NCBI RefSeq assembly: GCF_018350175.1
Contig: NC_058383.1
Span: 24,554,001-24,618,000 of the forward strand
Length of the DNA stretch: 64,000 nt
Direction of reading: 5' to 3'
From: Felis catus
Lineage: Eukaryota
Part shown: positions 49,628 to 61,824 of the stretch, piece after piece
How the letters are laid out: every line of letters begins with the position of its first letter
Numbering within the stretch: the stretch's first letter is position 1
Notes under the pieces: generated by a model
Databases searched by the model: none
What the model was told of the DNA's origin: nothing
The model's input: the letters and a program-made list of their open reading frames with translations, nothing else
Position numbers and translations under genes: made by a program

Positions 49628-50000
49628 TCTAGTTTTAATTTCTTCTCTTTTTAACTGTGAGATTGAATTATATATATATAATTAATTATTAATTATATGT
49701 TATATGTAATTTATTATTAATTAATAATAATTATTATCAATATAATAAATACATATACTTATAATGTAATATAAATTCTATTATAAATTCTATTATAAAT
49801 TATCATTTATAATAAATAAATAATTGATAATTAATTATATATAATTAAATCTCACAATTAAAAAGAGAAGAAATTGAAATAGATTATATATTATTTTATA
49901 ATTATTAGATTATATAATTATTAATATAATTATATTATAATTGATAACTATTAAGATTATATTAATCATATAATTAATAATTAATTATATACATATATAA
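49628..50000. repeat. AT-rich inverted repeat / fold-back palindrome
   Basis: Arm 49628-49696 is the reverse complement of 49820-49883 apart from a few mismatches and small indels; spacer almost all A/T. Confidence 0.85.
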
Positions 50001-50078
50001 AGCAACTGTTTGTTTCACCTATGTTCTGAATGGTTTGTGTTCTTTTTTTAATATTCTACTGTAGGGTTTTGTTTTGTT

Positions 50079-50297
50079 GTTTTTTTTTTTTTTTCAACGT
50101 TTATTTATTTTTGGGGCAGAGAGAGACAGAGCATGAACGGGGGAGGGGCAGAGAGAGAGGGAGACACAGAATCGGAAACAGGCTCCAGACTCCGAGCCAT
50201 CAGCCCAGAGCCTGACGCGGGGCTCAAACTCACGGACCGCGAGATCGTGACCTGGCTGAAGTCGGACGCTTAACCGACTGCGCCACCCAGGCGCCCC
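50079..50297 (-). mobile_element. Young felid CAN-SINE (SINEC_Fc-like)
   Basis: Nearly identical to 221-457, CpGs intact; TSD ttgttttgtt. Confidence 0.93.
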
Positions 50298-50684
50298 TTG
50301 TTTTGTTTTTTAACATACTATATCTAGATGTATGTCTCCTTTTGTCTATTTTCCCTGGAATGTGATGAGGCCTTTCCATCATCGAGGGAAATTTTTATTG
50401 TCTGGCTTCCATATCTATCATCTCTTTCCTTATTTTTGAGTTTTTGCCTTTTTAAGATAGTTTTTTTTTTTCATTTTAATATGTCACCCACAACTTCAGT
50501 TATGCTTTTAGTGCCTTGCATGGTGTTGGTTCTGCTGTTGTTACCTATTGTTTCCTTATGATCCTTTCTTAGTGTAATGATTAAAAACAAGTCACATTGT
50601 CAGGGCTTGAATCCTGCCTTCAATACTTAGTAGTGAGGAAGTTCCTTATCTCCTCTCAGTCTCCTCATTTATAAAATGGGGACA

Positions 50685-50860
50685 GGGCACCAGGGTGGCT
50701 GTCACATAAGCATCCAACTCTTGGTTTCGGCTCAGGTCATGATCTCATGACTCATGGGTTCATGAGTTCAAGCCCCACATGAGGCTCTGTGCTGACATCA
50801 TGGAGCCTGTTTGGGATTCTCACTCTCTCACTCTCCCTCTCTCTCTGCCCCTTCCCCCCG
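50685..50860 (+). mobile_element. CAN-SINE without A-tail, inside a MIR remnant
   Basis: gggcaccagggtggctgtc...ggctcaggtcatgatctc...; MIR text on both sides. Confidence 0.75.
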
Positions 50861-51112
50861 CATATAATAACAGTATGCAGTCATAGTGTTCTTACAAGAA
50901 TTAAATGAGTTAATACATGTAAACATATTTGGAATAAAAGCATGGTATATAGAAGATGTTAAATATCAGCAATTTTTATTGCTGTCTTATCATTGTCACC
51001 ATCATTCTATTAGCTCATCCATCTTCCTTTTTTTATCTCATGTGGCCTTTTTATCTTAGCCTGTTTTCTCCTTACGGCTTTCTTTCCTGTTTCATTAAAA
51101 TGATAGCAATCA

Positions 51113-52621
51113 ACCAGAAAAGACCCCAAATAGCCAAAGCAATCTTGAAAAAGAAAACCAAAGCAGGAGGCATCACAATCCCAGACTTCAAGCTATACTA
51201 CAAAGCTGTAATCATCAAGATAGTATGGTACTGGCACAAGAACAGACACTCAGATCAATGGAACAGAATAGAGAACCCAGAAATGGACCCACAAACATAT
51301 GGCCAACTAATCTTTGACAAAACAGGAAAGAATATCCAATGGAATAAACACAGTCTCTTCAGCAAGTGATGCTAGGAAAACTAGACAGCAACATGCAGAA
51401 GAATGAACCTGGACCACTTTCTTATACCATACACAAAAATAAACTCAACATGCATGAAAGACCTAAATGTAAGACAGGAAGCCATCAAAATCCTTGAGGA
51501 GAAAGCAGGCAAAAACCTCTTTGATCTTGCCCACAGCAACTTCTTACTCAACACGTCTCTGGAGGCAAGGGAAACAAAAGCAAAAATGAAGTACTGGGGC
51601 CTCATCAAAATAAAAAGCTTCTGCACAGTGAAGGAAACAATCAGCAAAACTCAAAGGCAACCGACAGAATGGGAGAAAATATTTGCAAGTGACATATCAG
51701 ATAAAGGGTTAGTATCCAAAATCTATAAAGAACTTATCAAACTCAACACCCAAAAAACAAATCATCCAGTGAAGAAATGGGCAAAAGACATGAATAGACA
51801 CTTCTCCAAAGAAGACGTGTAGATGGCCAACCGACCATGAAAAATGTTCAATATCACTCATCATCAGGGAAATACAAATCAAAACCACAATGAGATACCA
51901 CCTTACACGTGTCAGAATGGCTCACATTAACAATTCAGGCAACAACAGATGTTGGCGAGGATGTGGAGAAAGAGAATCTCTTTTGCATTGTTGGTGGGAA
52001 TGCAAGCAGGTGTAGCCACTCTGGAAAACAGTATGGAGGTTCCTCAAAAAACTAAAAATAGAACTACTCTACAACCCAGCAATTGCACTACTAGGCATTT
52101 ATCCAAGGGATACAGGTGTGCTGTTTTGAAGGGATGCATGCACCCCCGTGTTTATAGCAGCACTATCAACAATAGCCAAAGTATGGAAAGAGCCCAAATG
52201 TCCATCGATGGATGAATGGATAAAGAAGATGTGGTATATATACACAATTGAGTATTACTCAGCAATCAAAAAGAATGAAATCTTGCCATTTGCAACTACG
52301 TGGATGGAACTGGAGGGTATTATGCTAAGTGAAATTAGAGAAAGACAAAAATCATATGACTTCACTCATATGAGGACTTTAAGAAACAAAACAGATGAAC
52401 ATAAAGGAAGGGAAACAAAAATAATATAAAAACAGGGAGGGGGATGAAACTGATGAGACTCATAAGTATGGACAACAAACTGAGGGTTACTGGAGGGGTT
52501 GTAGGAGGGGGGAAGGACTAAATGGGTAAGGGACACTAAGGAATCTACTCCTGAAATCATTGTTGCACTCTATGCTAACTAATTTGGATGTAAATTTAAA
52601 AAAATAAAAAATTAAATTAAA
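51113..52621 (+). mobile_element. 5'-truncated carnivore L1 (ORF2 3' third + 3' UTR), sense orientation
   Basis: [15 protein letters not shown]...WYWHKNR; TSD aaaatg(a/g)tagcaatca at 51097-51112 and 52622-52637 with TT|AAAA nick site; stops in ORF2. Confidence 0.95.
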
Positions 52622-52632
52622 AAAATGGTAGC

Positions 52633-52633
<1 letters not shown>

Positions 52634-52669
<36 letters not shown>
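52634..52669. repeat. (ATC)n microsatellite
   Basis: Directly visible. Confidence 0.95.
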
Positions 52670-52957
52670 TTTTTGTAGTCTGTTTAGGATTCCAAACAGT
52701 TTCCTGAAATTTGGTCTTGAGTCTTGCATTAAACAAGGTTCAAGGATATACTCTTGAAGTATAATCTCCATATTATATTCCTTTATATTGCAGTATTTTT
52801 TCACAGTTTCCGTATGCTGTTTTCTGCTTCCTCTATCCTTCCAGATCAGTCTGTTCATGCTTTGTGTCAACAAAGATGGTTCATGAAGTTCCCTTGACCC
52901 CACTCTTGGCCCACTTTGTGTCAACATCTTTCCTTTCCTTCTGCAGCTAGCAGGCTA

Positions 52958-52960
<3 letters not shown>

Positions 52961-53013
<53 letters not shown>

Positions 53014-53067
53014 CATATATACATACATACACACACACATACACACACACACACACATACACATACA
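52961..53067. repeat. Compound (TA)n/(TACA)n/(CA)n microsatellite
   Basis: Directly visible. Confidence 0.95.
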
Positions 53068-53703
53068 ACTCCCACTCAGTTTCTAGGTAACTTTGCCCTA
53101 TAACATCTCCTATCTACTGTGATGGCCTGTGTCCTCCCTCCACATCCTACTCAACTGATGCGCTATTTAAAACAAAAATTCCACATATACGGCTTCTTTG
53201 TCTATCTTCTTTTGCAGCACCTACTTTACTTAAAAGCCAATTTGGTTCTGAAAAGACCATTCATAAGACTAAAATGACACCTTGCAAGTGATCATTGCAA
53301 ACCTGTCTATGGGAAGTTAAGCTTTACTTTTTCTTCATAGTAATCCCACATCTCTCTTTCTGCTAGTTTTCCAAATTGTCACAGCTTTTGGACATGATCA
53401 GGGTAAATAATATTCATATAACACTTTTAAAATAAACCTAAATGCTATAAACTCTGCTCTAGAGTAAGAAGCAATAGGATGGCCAAGATCCAATGACCAC
53501 ATATGATCAACTAATGCCATCTGTTGGAGGCAGCCTTTTCTATTTGTTTCATCTCTGAACATTCTAGAAAAGGGAAGTTTCTCAACAGAGGGGCATTTGT
53601 GGCTCTTTACTCTGGAAGACCGTATCTCACTGAATTTAAGGTGTTCTGACTGACTCCTCCTTACTCATATAGTCTGGGACCCTACTGCACTTCTCAGCTA
53701 TAC

Positions 53704-53865
53704 GGGGCACCTGGGTGGCTCAGTCAGTTAAGTGTCCGACTTCGGCTCAGGTCATGATCTCGCAGTCCGTGAGTTCAAGCTCCCACACTCATGCTCCTCC
53801 TCTCTCTCTCTTGCTCTCTTTGTCTCAAAAATAAATAAATATTTAAAAATTAAAAGAAAAAAATA
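53704..53865 (+). mobile_element. CAN-SINE with internal deletion
   Basis: Head intact; body jumps from gagttcaagc to the cactcatgctc / CT region. Confidence 0.85.
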
Positions 53866-54012
53866 AGAGGCAAGGATAAGGAGAAAATGAGACAGTACTC
53901 CTGGATTAATACCTGGTAGGGCAAAGGAACAGCTACACAATTTTCTGTGTGGGATGGAACCTGAGTCTCTGCATCCTAGTGGCCTTTATTGCCTTTCCTC
54001 ATGAAATCTCTT

Positions 54013-54223
54013 TTTTAAAAAAATTTTTTTAACATTTATTTATTTTTGAGAGAGAGCGTGAGTAAGGGAAGGGCAGAGAGAGAGGGAGACACAGAATCTG
54101 AAGCAGGCTCCAGGCTCCGAGCTGTCAGCACAGAGCCTGACATGGAGCTCGAACCCACGAACCGTGTGATCGTGACCTGAGCCAAAGTCAGACGCCTAAC
54201 CGACTGAGCCACCCAGGCGCCCC
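54013..54223 (-). mobile_element. CAN-SINE
   Basis: TSD cctcatgaaatctctt at 53997-54012 and 54224-54239. Confidence 0.92.
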
Positions 54224-55055
54224 CCTCATGAAATCTCTTGAGGTAAGATTTCTTATTCCAGCTGGAGATGCTGCTCAGTTTTTTTTTTTCAGTTTTTATT
54301 TTCAATGACATCATTCCACTTCTTTTTCTTTTGGCTTAATAAGTATTTTAGTGTAAAATTTCAAAGTGCCTAGCCAGAACCCATTTGAATCAAAGACATG
54401 TTTTAAGTACTAAGTATGCTTTTTTATATATAACAACTTTATGGAGGTATAATTTACATATCATAAAATTATCCCATGTGAGTGTACAAATCAGTGGCTT
54501 TTAGTAAATTTGCATAGTTGTGCAACTGTCACCATAATCCAATTTCAGAACATTTTCATCACCCTGGTAAGATCCTTTAGGCCCATTTCCAATTAATCCC
54601 TGTTCCCATCTTCAGTCCCAGGCAACCACTGGCCTGCTGTCTATACATTTGCCTTTTCCTGGTATTTCATATGCATGAAATCATGGAGTATGTGACTTCT
54701 TGTGTCTAGCTTTGAGTATACATTCTTATTACCACCTTAAAAAGCTTTAAATGCCTTTCTAGGCTTTCCACAAGGAGCCAAGGTTAAAATTCTCATGGTA
54801 AGACCTCCAGGGAGGCTTCCCTGACCTTATGGGACATTGTGTTCTGGGCTTTTCACATTCAGGAGCTGTGGGATAAGTAGACTTCTGAGATAAATGATGG
54901 AGGAACTACACTAGGGAGCATACGTTAAGGAAAGCAAACAGACCTTTGAGGGATTCTCTCAGGGTTGGGTTCACATCATCTGACATGTATCCTTGTTTGT
55001 CAACTAAGAGATTTATTTATCCATCTATTCATCTATTCACTGTATGCCCTTTATC

Positions 55056-55700
55056 TTTTTTTAATTTATTTATTTAAATTCAAGTTAGTTAACATACAGT
55101 GTGGTATTGGTTTCAGGAGTTGAACCTAGTGATTCATCACTTACATATAACCCCCAGTGCTCGTTAACCCAACAAATGCCCTTGTTAACACCCATCACCC
55201 ATTTAGTCCATCCCCCCACCCACCTCACCTCCAGTAACCCTCAATTCATTCTCTGTATTTAAGAGTCTCTGAGGGTTTGCCTCCCTCTATGTTTTTATCT
55301 TATTTTTTCCTTCCCTTCCCCTATGTTTATCTGTTGTGTTTCTTTTAAATATATACTTTTTTGAGTCAGAGAGATAGAACACAACCGGCGAAGGGGCAGA
55401 GAGAGAGGGAGACACAGAATCTGAAGCAGGCTCCAGGCTCTGAGTTCTCATCACAGAGCCCGATGAGGGGCTCAAACCCGTGAACCATGAGATCATGACC
55501 TGAGCCGAAGTCAGGCGGTTAACCAACTGAGCCACCAGGTGCCCCTATCTGTTATGTTTCTTAAATTCCACATATGAGTGAAATTACATGGTATTTTGTC
55601 TTTCTCTGACTGACTTATTTCATTTAGCATAATACACTCTAGTTCCATCCACGTTGCAAATGTCAAGATTTCATTCTTTTTGATCACTGAGTAGTATTCC

Positions 55701-55735
<35 letters not shown>

Positions 55736-55762
55736 CTCACATATTCTTTATTCATTCATCAG
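55056..55762 (-). mobile_element. Carnivore L1 3' end with nested CAN-SINE (55345-55545, minus) and (TG)n at 55703-55732
   Basis: aaattcaagttagttaacatacagtg... L1 tail; SINE TSD tatctgtt(g/a)tgtttctt at 55328-55344 and 55546-55562. Confidence 0.88.
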
Positions 55763-55810
55763 TGTGTGCCCTTTGAAACCTCACTCCTTTGTTGAAAAGT
55801 TTACCTTATT

Positions 55811-56035
55811 GGAGTGCCTGTGTGGCTCAGTTCGTTGAGCGTCTGACTTTGGCTCAGGTCACGATCTCACACTTTGTGGATTCGAGCCCCACATCAGGCT
55901 CTGTGCTGATAGCTCACAGCCTGGAGCCTGCTTCAGATTCTGGTCTCCCTCTCTCTCTGCCCATTCCCTGCTCATGCTCTGTCTCTTTCTGTCTCTCTCT
56001 CTTTCAAAAATAAATAAACATAAAAAATTTTTTAA
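55811..56035 (+). mobile_element. CAN-SINE
   Basis: TSD aaaagtttaccttatt / aaaagttaaccttatt. Confidence 0.9.
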
Positions 56036-57789
56036 AAAGTTAACCTTATTCTCCCAAGTGCTGGAGAAGAACACAGGGTGAAGTGGGGGGGGGGGGGGGG
56101 AGGGAGGTCAGAGGTAATAGAGACAGAATATGCCTTCCTGGATTTCTACTATTCTCTCCTTTTCTTCCCTTGTACTTGGAACAGAGTTTGAATTAAAATC
56201 ACAGTGCAGAGTGAACAAGAGCCATTACTCTGATAAGAACCAGAGACCTAGAGCTGAATCTTCTCAGTGCCTGTGTGCTCAGAGCTATGCTACATGTTTG
56301 ACACATATATCTCTCATTTACCCTCTACAGTGACTCTCTGAGCTTCACATAAAATCAGGCCCATTTTACAGGTGTACAAATGGTAACCTTGGCCAAGGTC
56401 ACATCGCTTAACAAATCTACTTTTACTCACTTGAGGCTTTCCTCTTTGGCCTTAATCTTCCTGTGTCAAGCAGCAAACTAGCTCTATTGAATCATAATAT
56501 CCAGGGAAGGGAGACAAATGCTTTTCTGAATCATGCTTTTAGTGTCTCCTTTTTTGTTGTAAAACAATTCAGTTCTATTTTTTAAAAACGACCAAAAAAT
56601 ATCTCTTTGTTCATACCACCCTGTCCCAAGTATGTCAGAAAAACTTTTCTCTGTTTTGTCTACCTGATTTAATCTCTTTACCTCTTTAGCATAATGACAT
56701 ATGTTCTATTTTTTATTCTATTTTCATCTGTCATTGCTTTTTGAAAGCAATTTGATATGTTGATACTTAGTTTTTGCAAAATATTCCATTCATCTCATAA
56801 GACATAATTTTGACTGGTCTCCTAATGTGAGACATGTAAATTATTTCCAAATTTTTGCCATCACAGATGGTGCTGCATAGCCATGTATAGAGATTATTTT
56901 CATTCTGAATTATTTCCTTATGATAAATTCCCAGAAGTGGGATTTCTGGCTTAGACTACAGAACATTTTTGTAGCTCTGTAAGCATAATGCCAGATTGCT
57001 TTCTAAAAGTGTTTTGCTAGATTAACTTCTAGGTAAAGCTGCAGAGGGGTGTAGGATAACAGAGCTCCCTCCTTTAATACCTAGTGAAATGAACAAAAAC
57101 AACAACAAAATTAAGCCTAAAAATATCCCAGCAATAATTATAGAAAATGTTCCATCTTGATTCTGTCTATAAACATTAAGAAGTGATGGACAGGAAAAGT
57201 AAAACTAAGATCTGGCATGCTGCATCTTCCAACCTAGACCCCACCACCCCCCTGTCCTCCTAAGAGTGGTTTTGGGAGGAAAGGTGGTGAGTTGACAAAA
57301 TTCTGAGAGTTCTCACTGGTAATCACCCCCGTGGAGAGAAGTGGATTACAGTGGCCTACAGATGCAAAGAATGTCTATGAGAAATCCTTGGGCATGAAGC
57401 ACCTGCATGCTTCTGTAGAATCTTAATACAAGTGGGAGAAACTATGAGGGTTTGCACCTTCCACAGTCTATGCTGCGTCAGGGTTGTGAGATGATGATAC
57501 AGGAATGTGGGACATTTTGCTAGCTGGGATGGGAGTGGCACCATAGTTCAGGAACCTTGGCCAAATTGTAGAAAGAGAGTGTAGAGCCCAGGTTTCCTAG
57601 CAGGGGCAATTGAGAATTTTCTTTTACCCGGTCCATGTAACCTCATGCTACAAAAAAGAAAGCCACTCACTAATCCTTGAATTGTGGTCAGGAAAGTGGA
57701 GGAGATAAACTGACCTCAGATAACATTAGGAAAGATGTCAAGAACTTACCTGATTGTAACAGAGCAAGAATGGTATGGAAATTGCAAAC

Positions 57790-57791
<2 letters not shown>

Positions 57792-57832
<41 letters not shown>
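57792..57832. repeat. (GA)n microsatellite
   Basis: Directly visible. Confidence 0.95.
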
Positions 57833-57833
<1 letters not shown>

Positions 57834-57939
57834 CAGACAGACTGAATGAATCTAAAAGAAAAATTACCTAAGAAACATAAAATATTTCTGTTGAAAGAAC
57901 TTAGTTATAACAATTTAATTTCTTAAAAAGTTCATAGAC

Positions 57940-59460
57940 GAACATGTGGTACTGGCAAAAGGATAGATATTTAGCTCAGTGGAATATAATTGAGAGTTCA
58001 GAAACAAGCCCCTCACACATTTATGGTAACTTGCTTTTTGGCAAGGGTACCAAGATAATTAAATGGAGAAAGAATAATCTTTTCAACAAATGGTGCTGGG
58101 ACAGGTGAATATTTGTCATAAAATAATGAATTTGGACCTCTACTTTGCACCATAGTCAAAAATTAACTCAACATGAATGAAAGTCCTAAATTTAAGAATT
58201 AAAACTTGTAAAATTACTAAAGAAAAAAATAGGTGCAAATCTTCATGACCTTGGACTAGACATTGGTTTCTTAGGACACCAAAAGCACAGGCAATAACAA
58301 TAACAACAAATAGGTAAACTGGACTTAATCAAAATTAAAAACTTTTGTGCTTCAAAGGACAATGCCAAGAAAGTGAAAAGACAACCCACAAAATGGGTGA
58401 AGCCTTTTTACAATCATATGTATGATAAGGGACTTCTATCTGGAATATATAAAGAGGTACTACAACATAATAATAAAAAGATAACCCTACTAAAAAATGG
58501 GCAAAGTAACTGAATAGACATTTCTCCAAAGAAGATACACAAAGAGTCAATAAATACGTGATAACATTGTTAGCCATCAGGAAATGCAAATCAGAAGCAC
58601 AATGAGATACCACTTCACAACTAGGATGAGAATAATAAAAAAGAAAACAGCAAGTGTTGGTGAGAACATGGGAAAACTGGAACCCTTACATACATAATGG
58701 AAATGTTAAATGGTACAGCAGAGTTGGAAAACAGTATTTGACAGTTCCCCAAAACTTAAACATAGAGTTGCCATATGACCCAGCAATTCTATTCCTAGTT
58801 CTATGCCCAGGAGAAACAAAATCGTGTCTACCCACAAACTTCTACACAAGTGTTCATAGCAGCGTTATTCATAAAGGCCAAAAAGTAGAAACAATCCAAG
58901 TGTCCATCAATAGATAAATGAATAAATAAAAATATCCATGTAATGGAATATTACTCAATAATTTAAAAAATTGAAGTAATAATACATGCTACAACATGGA
59001 TGAACCTTAAAAATATCATGCTCCCGGATGCCTGGATGGCTCAGTTGGTTAAGCATCCAACTCTTGATCTGATGGTCCCTGCATCCAGCTTTATGCTGAC
59101 ATCACCAAGCCTGCTTAGGATTCTCTCTCTCCCTCTCTTTCTTTGCTCCTCCCCAATTCGTGCATGCGTTCTCTCTCTTAAAATAAATTAATAAACTTAA
59201 AAATATATATAAATCATAATGAGTAAGACAGCTACAAAAGAACATATATTGTGTGATTTCATTTACATGAAACATCTGGAATACACAAATCTGTAGAGAC
59301 AGTAGATTAGTGGTTGCTTAGTGCTGAGAGTAGGAGGGGGAAATGAGGGGTAACAACTAGGAGATATGGGGTTTCTTTTTCATGTAATGAAATGTCTTAA
59401 AATTGGTTGTAGTATAGTTGCACAACTATGAATATTAGTACATCACATATACATTTTTAG
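57940..59460 (+). mobile_element. Old L1M ORF2 end + 3' UTR, interrupted by a SINE at 59026-59203
   Basis: gtggtactggca...ttttcaacaaatggtgctggga...aatagacatttctccaaagaagata...catatgacccagcaattc. Confidence 0.8.
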
Positions 59461-59805
59461 TAAAGCTATCTTTTAGAAGTTTGTAAATGAGGTGAAAAAA
59501 ATCACAGAATTAGAGGAAAAGTGGGATTGAAAAACCACAAAACAAACTGACAATGAGACAGTACCATTAGTGGTCTAATAAATACATTAGGAACAGCAAG
59601 AAATAAAATGCATAAATCTAGGTATCTCATAAATGGTTTAGAGGGGAGGTTTGAGAGAACTACACTTACTATAGAAGAAAAAAAAACCAAATACATTAAA
59701 GCACTTATCAATATGATTGATATAGAGGTCAAACCATGCTGATTCCTTAAGTGGGTAACCCAGTAAATAGTATAGATAATGTATACAAAGGTATATATGA
59801 GAGGA

Positions 59806-60005
59806 GGGGTTTCTGGGTGGCTCAGTCAATTGAGTGTCTGATTCTTGATTTCAGCTCAGGTCATGATCCCAGAGTTGTGGGATGAAGCCCCACATCCGAC
59901 TCTGCTGAGCATGGATCCTGCCTGGATTCTCTCCCTCTATCCCTCTGCCCCTCTCCCCCACTTACTCTTCTATGTATATAATAAAACATAAAATAAAAAA
60001 TTTTA
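59806..60005 (+). mobile_element. CAN-SINE
   Basis: ctgggtggctcagtc head; degenerate TSD aaaggtatatatgaga / aaagatataaatgaga. Confidence 0.85.
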
Positions 60006-60743
60006 AAAAGATATAAATGAGAAATTGTTCCTCAAATGAACAACTGTTTCTACAGATTATGAGTATGCCATGTTTCAAGAAAAAGTGATAAAGAATAATT
60101 GACCAAAAGATATAGCCTGATTAAATTATTAAATTTACAGATAAAAGAAATTACATGATACATATAGATAAGGAAAAAAAGTCAGTGAAGAGGGAAATAT
60201 CTGATGGACCTCAGATTTCCACACAGCAATTTAGTATACAGAGAAACATAAGAGAACAGTCAGAAGTCTGAGGGAAAGAAAATGTGACCTGAGAATATCA
60301 CTCTCAGCCAAGTCATTGTTCAAAAACAAAATCAGTTGGCAGATACTCCCAAACTTGCAAGAGCTGAGAGAATGAAGCACCGTAAGTCCCTTCTTGGGGG
60401 AAACAAAAAAAAAAAAAAAAGGAAAGAAAATAAATATTCCGACTAACAGATCGATCAAAACAAAGAGCTTTTAAATGGGCTGTGTTAGAAGCCATGAATT
60501 TGAGCAATGAATCTATTGAAACTAGACCTAAGACTAAGGAATGGGAGAATTATGGTCATCATCAACAACAAAAGGAGTCAGAGGAGAGGAGATGGAAGGA
60601 AAAGTGAGTTAATCACCTCATAGCTTATGAATGAATCAGGGAAATTGGTCTAACATTGAGTCACATGTATTTACAAATGAAATATAATGTCAGGATTTGC
60701 TACAAGACTCCACACAAACAAAGGAGAATGGAAAGGAAAGGGA

Positions 60744-60925
60744 GTTGGTTAAGTGTCCAACTCTTGATTTTGGCTCAGGTCACACTCTCACTATATGTGA
60801 GATCAAGCCGCTCATTCAGCTCTGCGATGACAGCACGGAGCCTGCTTGAGATTCTCTCTCCCTCTCTCTCTGCTCCTCCCCTGCTTGCTCTCTCTCAAGA
60901 TAAATAAACATTAAAAAAAAAGAAA
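60744..60925 (+). mobile_element. 5'-truncated CAN-SINE
   Basis: Starts at agttggttaagtgtccaactcttg; CT tract and A-tail present. Confidence 0.8.
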
Positions 60926-61198
60926 TTTAACATCTTTATTTTAAAATAGTATAATAGATGATATATATAACATGTGATACATATAATATATGTGATATGT
61001 AAGTATATAATATATGGTATACATTAATAGAATATAATTCTATATTAATATATCACATATAATTATATATCATAGTATAATATATAATGTCAAATGATCT
61101 TATTCTTATCAAATCCTTTCATCTGTCCTTCCATGTTCAATGTGCTTGTGTGTCTAAAGAGAAAGCTAGAAGGATTGCCATCAAAAGTTATTTCTAGA

Positions 61199-61422
61199 GG
61201 GACGCCTGGGTGGCTCAGTTGGTTAAACATCTGACTTCAGCTCAGGTCATGATCTCACAGTTTGTGAGATTTCAAGCCCTGTTGGGCTCTGTGCTGCCTG
61301 GAGCCCACCTTGAGTTCTGTGTCTCTACCTCCCTCTCTGCCCCTCCCCTGCCCCTGCTCACGCTCTGTCTCTCTCTCTCTCTCTCTCAAAAATAAATAAA
61401 TATTTAAAAAAAATTTTTTTTA
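61199..61422 (+). mobile_element. CAN-SINE
   Basis: TSD aaaagttatttct / aaaagctatttct. Confidence 0.9.
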
Positions 61423-61614
61423 AAAGCTATTTCTGGATGTGAGATCTGATTTATTGCCTCCTTTTATTGTCCTTTTCAGTACTTCCCATTTTACATATTA
61501 AAATAATTATTTATATAATTAGTACCTATCATTTTTTATGCAAACTGTAGAGTCATTACTCTCTAAAAGATATTTTTCCAATTTATACAGTTACCATTAA
61601 TGTGTAAGTTTTAT

Positions 61615-61824
61615 GGGGCGCCTGGGTGGCTCAGTCGGTTAAGCGTCCGACTTCGGCTCAGGTCATGATCTCGCGGTTTGTGAGTTCGAGCCCCGCATTG
61701 GGCTCTGTGCTAACAGCTCAGAGCCTGGAGCCTGCTTCAGATTCCATGTCTCCTCCTATCTCTGTCCCTTCCATTTTCATGCTCTGTCTCTCAAATAAAT
61801 AAACGTTAAAAAAAATTTTTTTTA
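61615..61824 (+). mobile_element. CAN-SINE ending about 140 nt upstream of exon 22
   Basis: ggggcgcctgggtggctcagtcggttaagcg head; TSD aatgtgtaagtttta on both sides. Confidence 0.92.

Noticed and set aside
50956..51369. 137-aa ORF with a hydrophobic N-terminus fused to L1 ORF2 sequence
   Set aside because: Chance read-through from T-rich intron into the 5'-truncated L1 at its TSD; it ends at a premature L1 stop.
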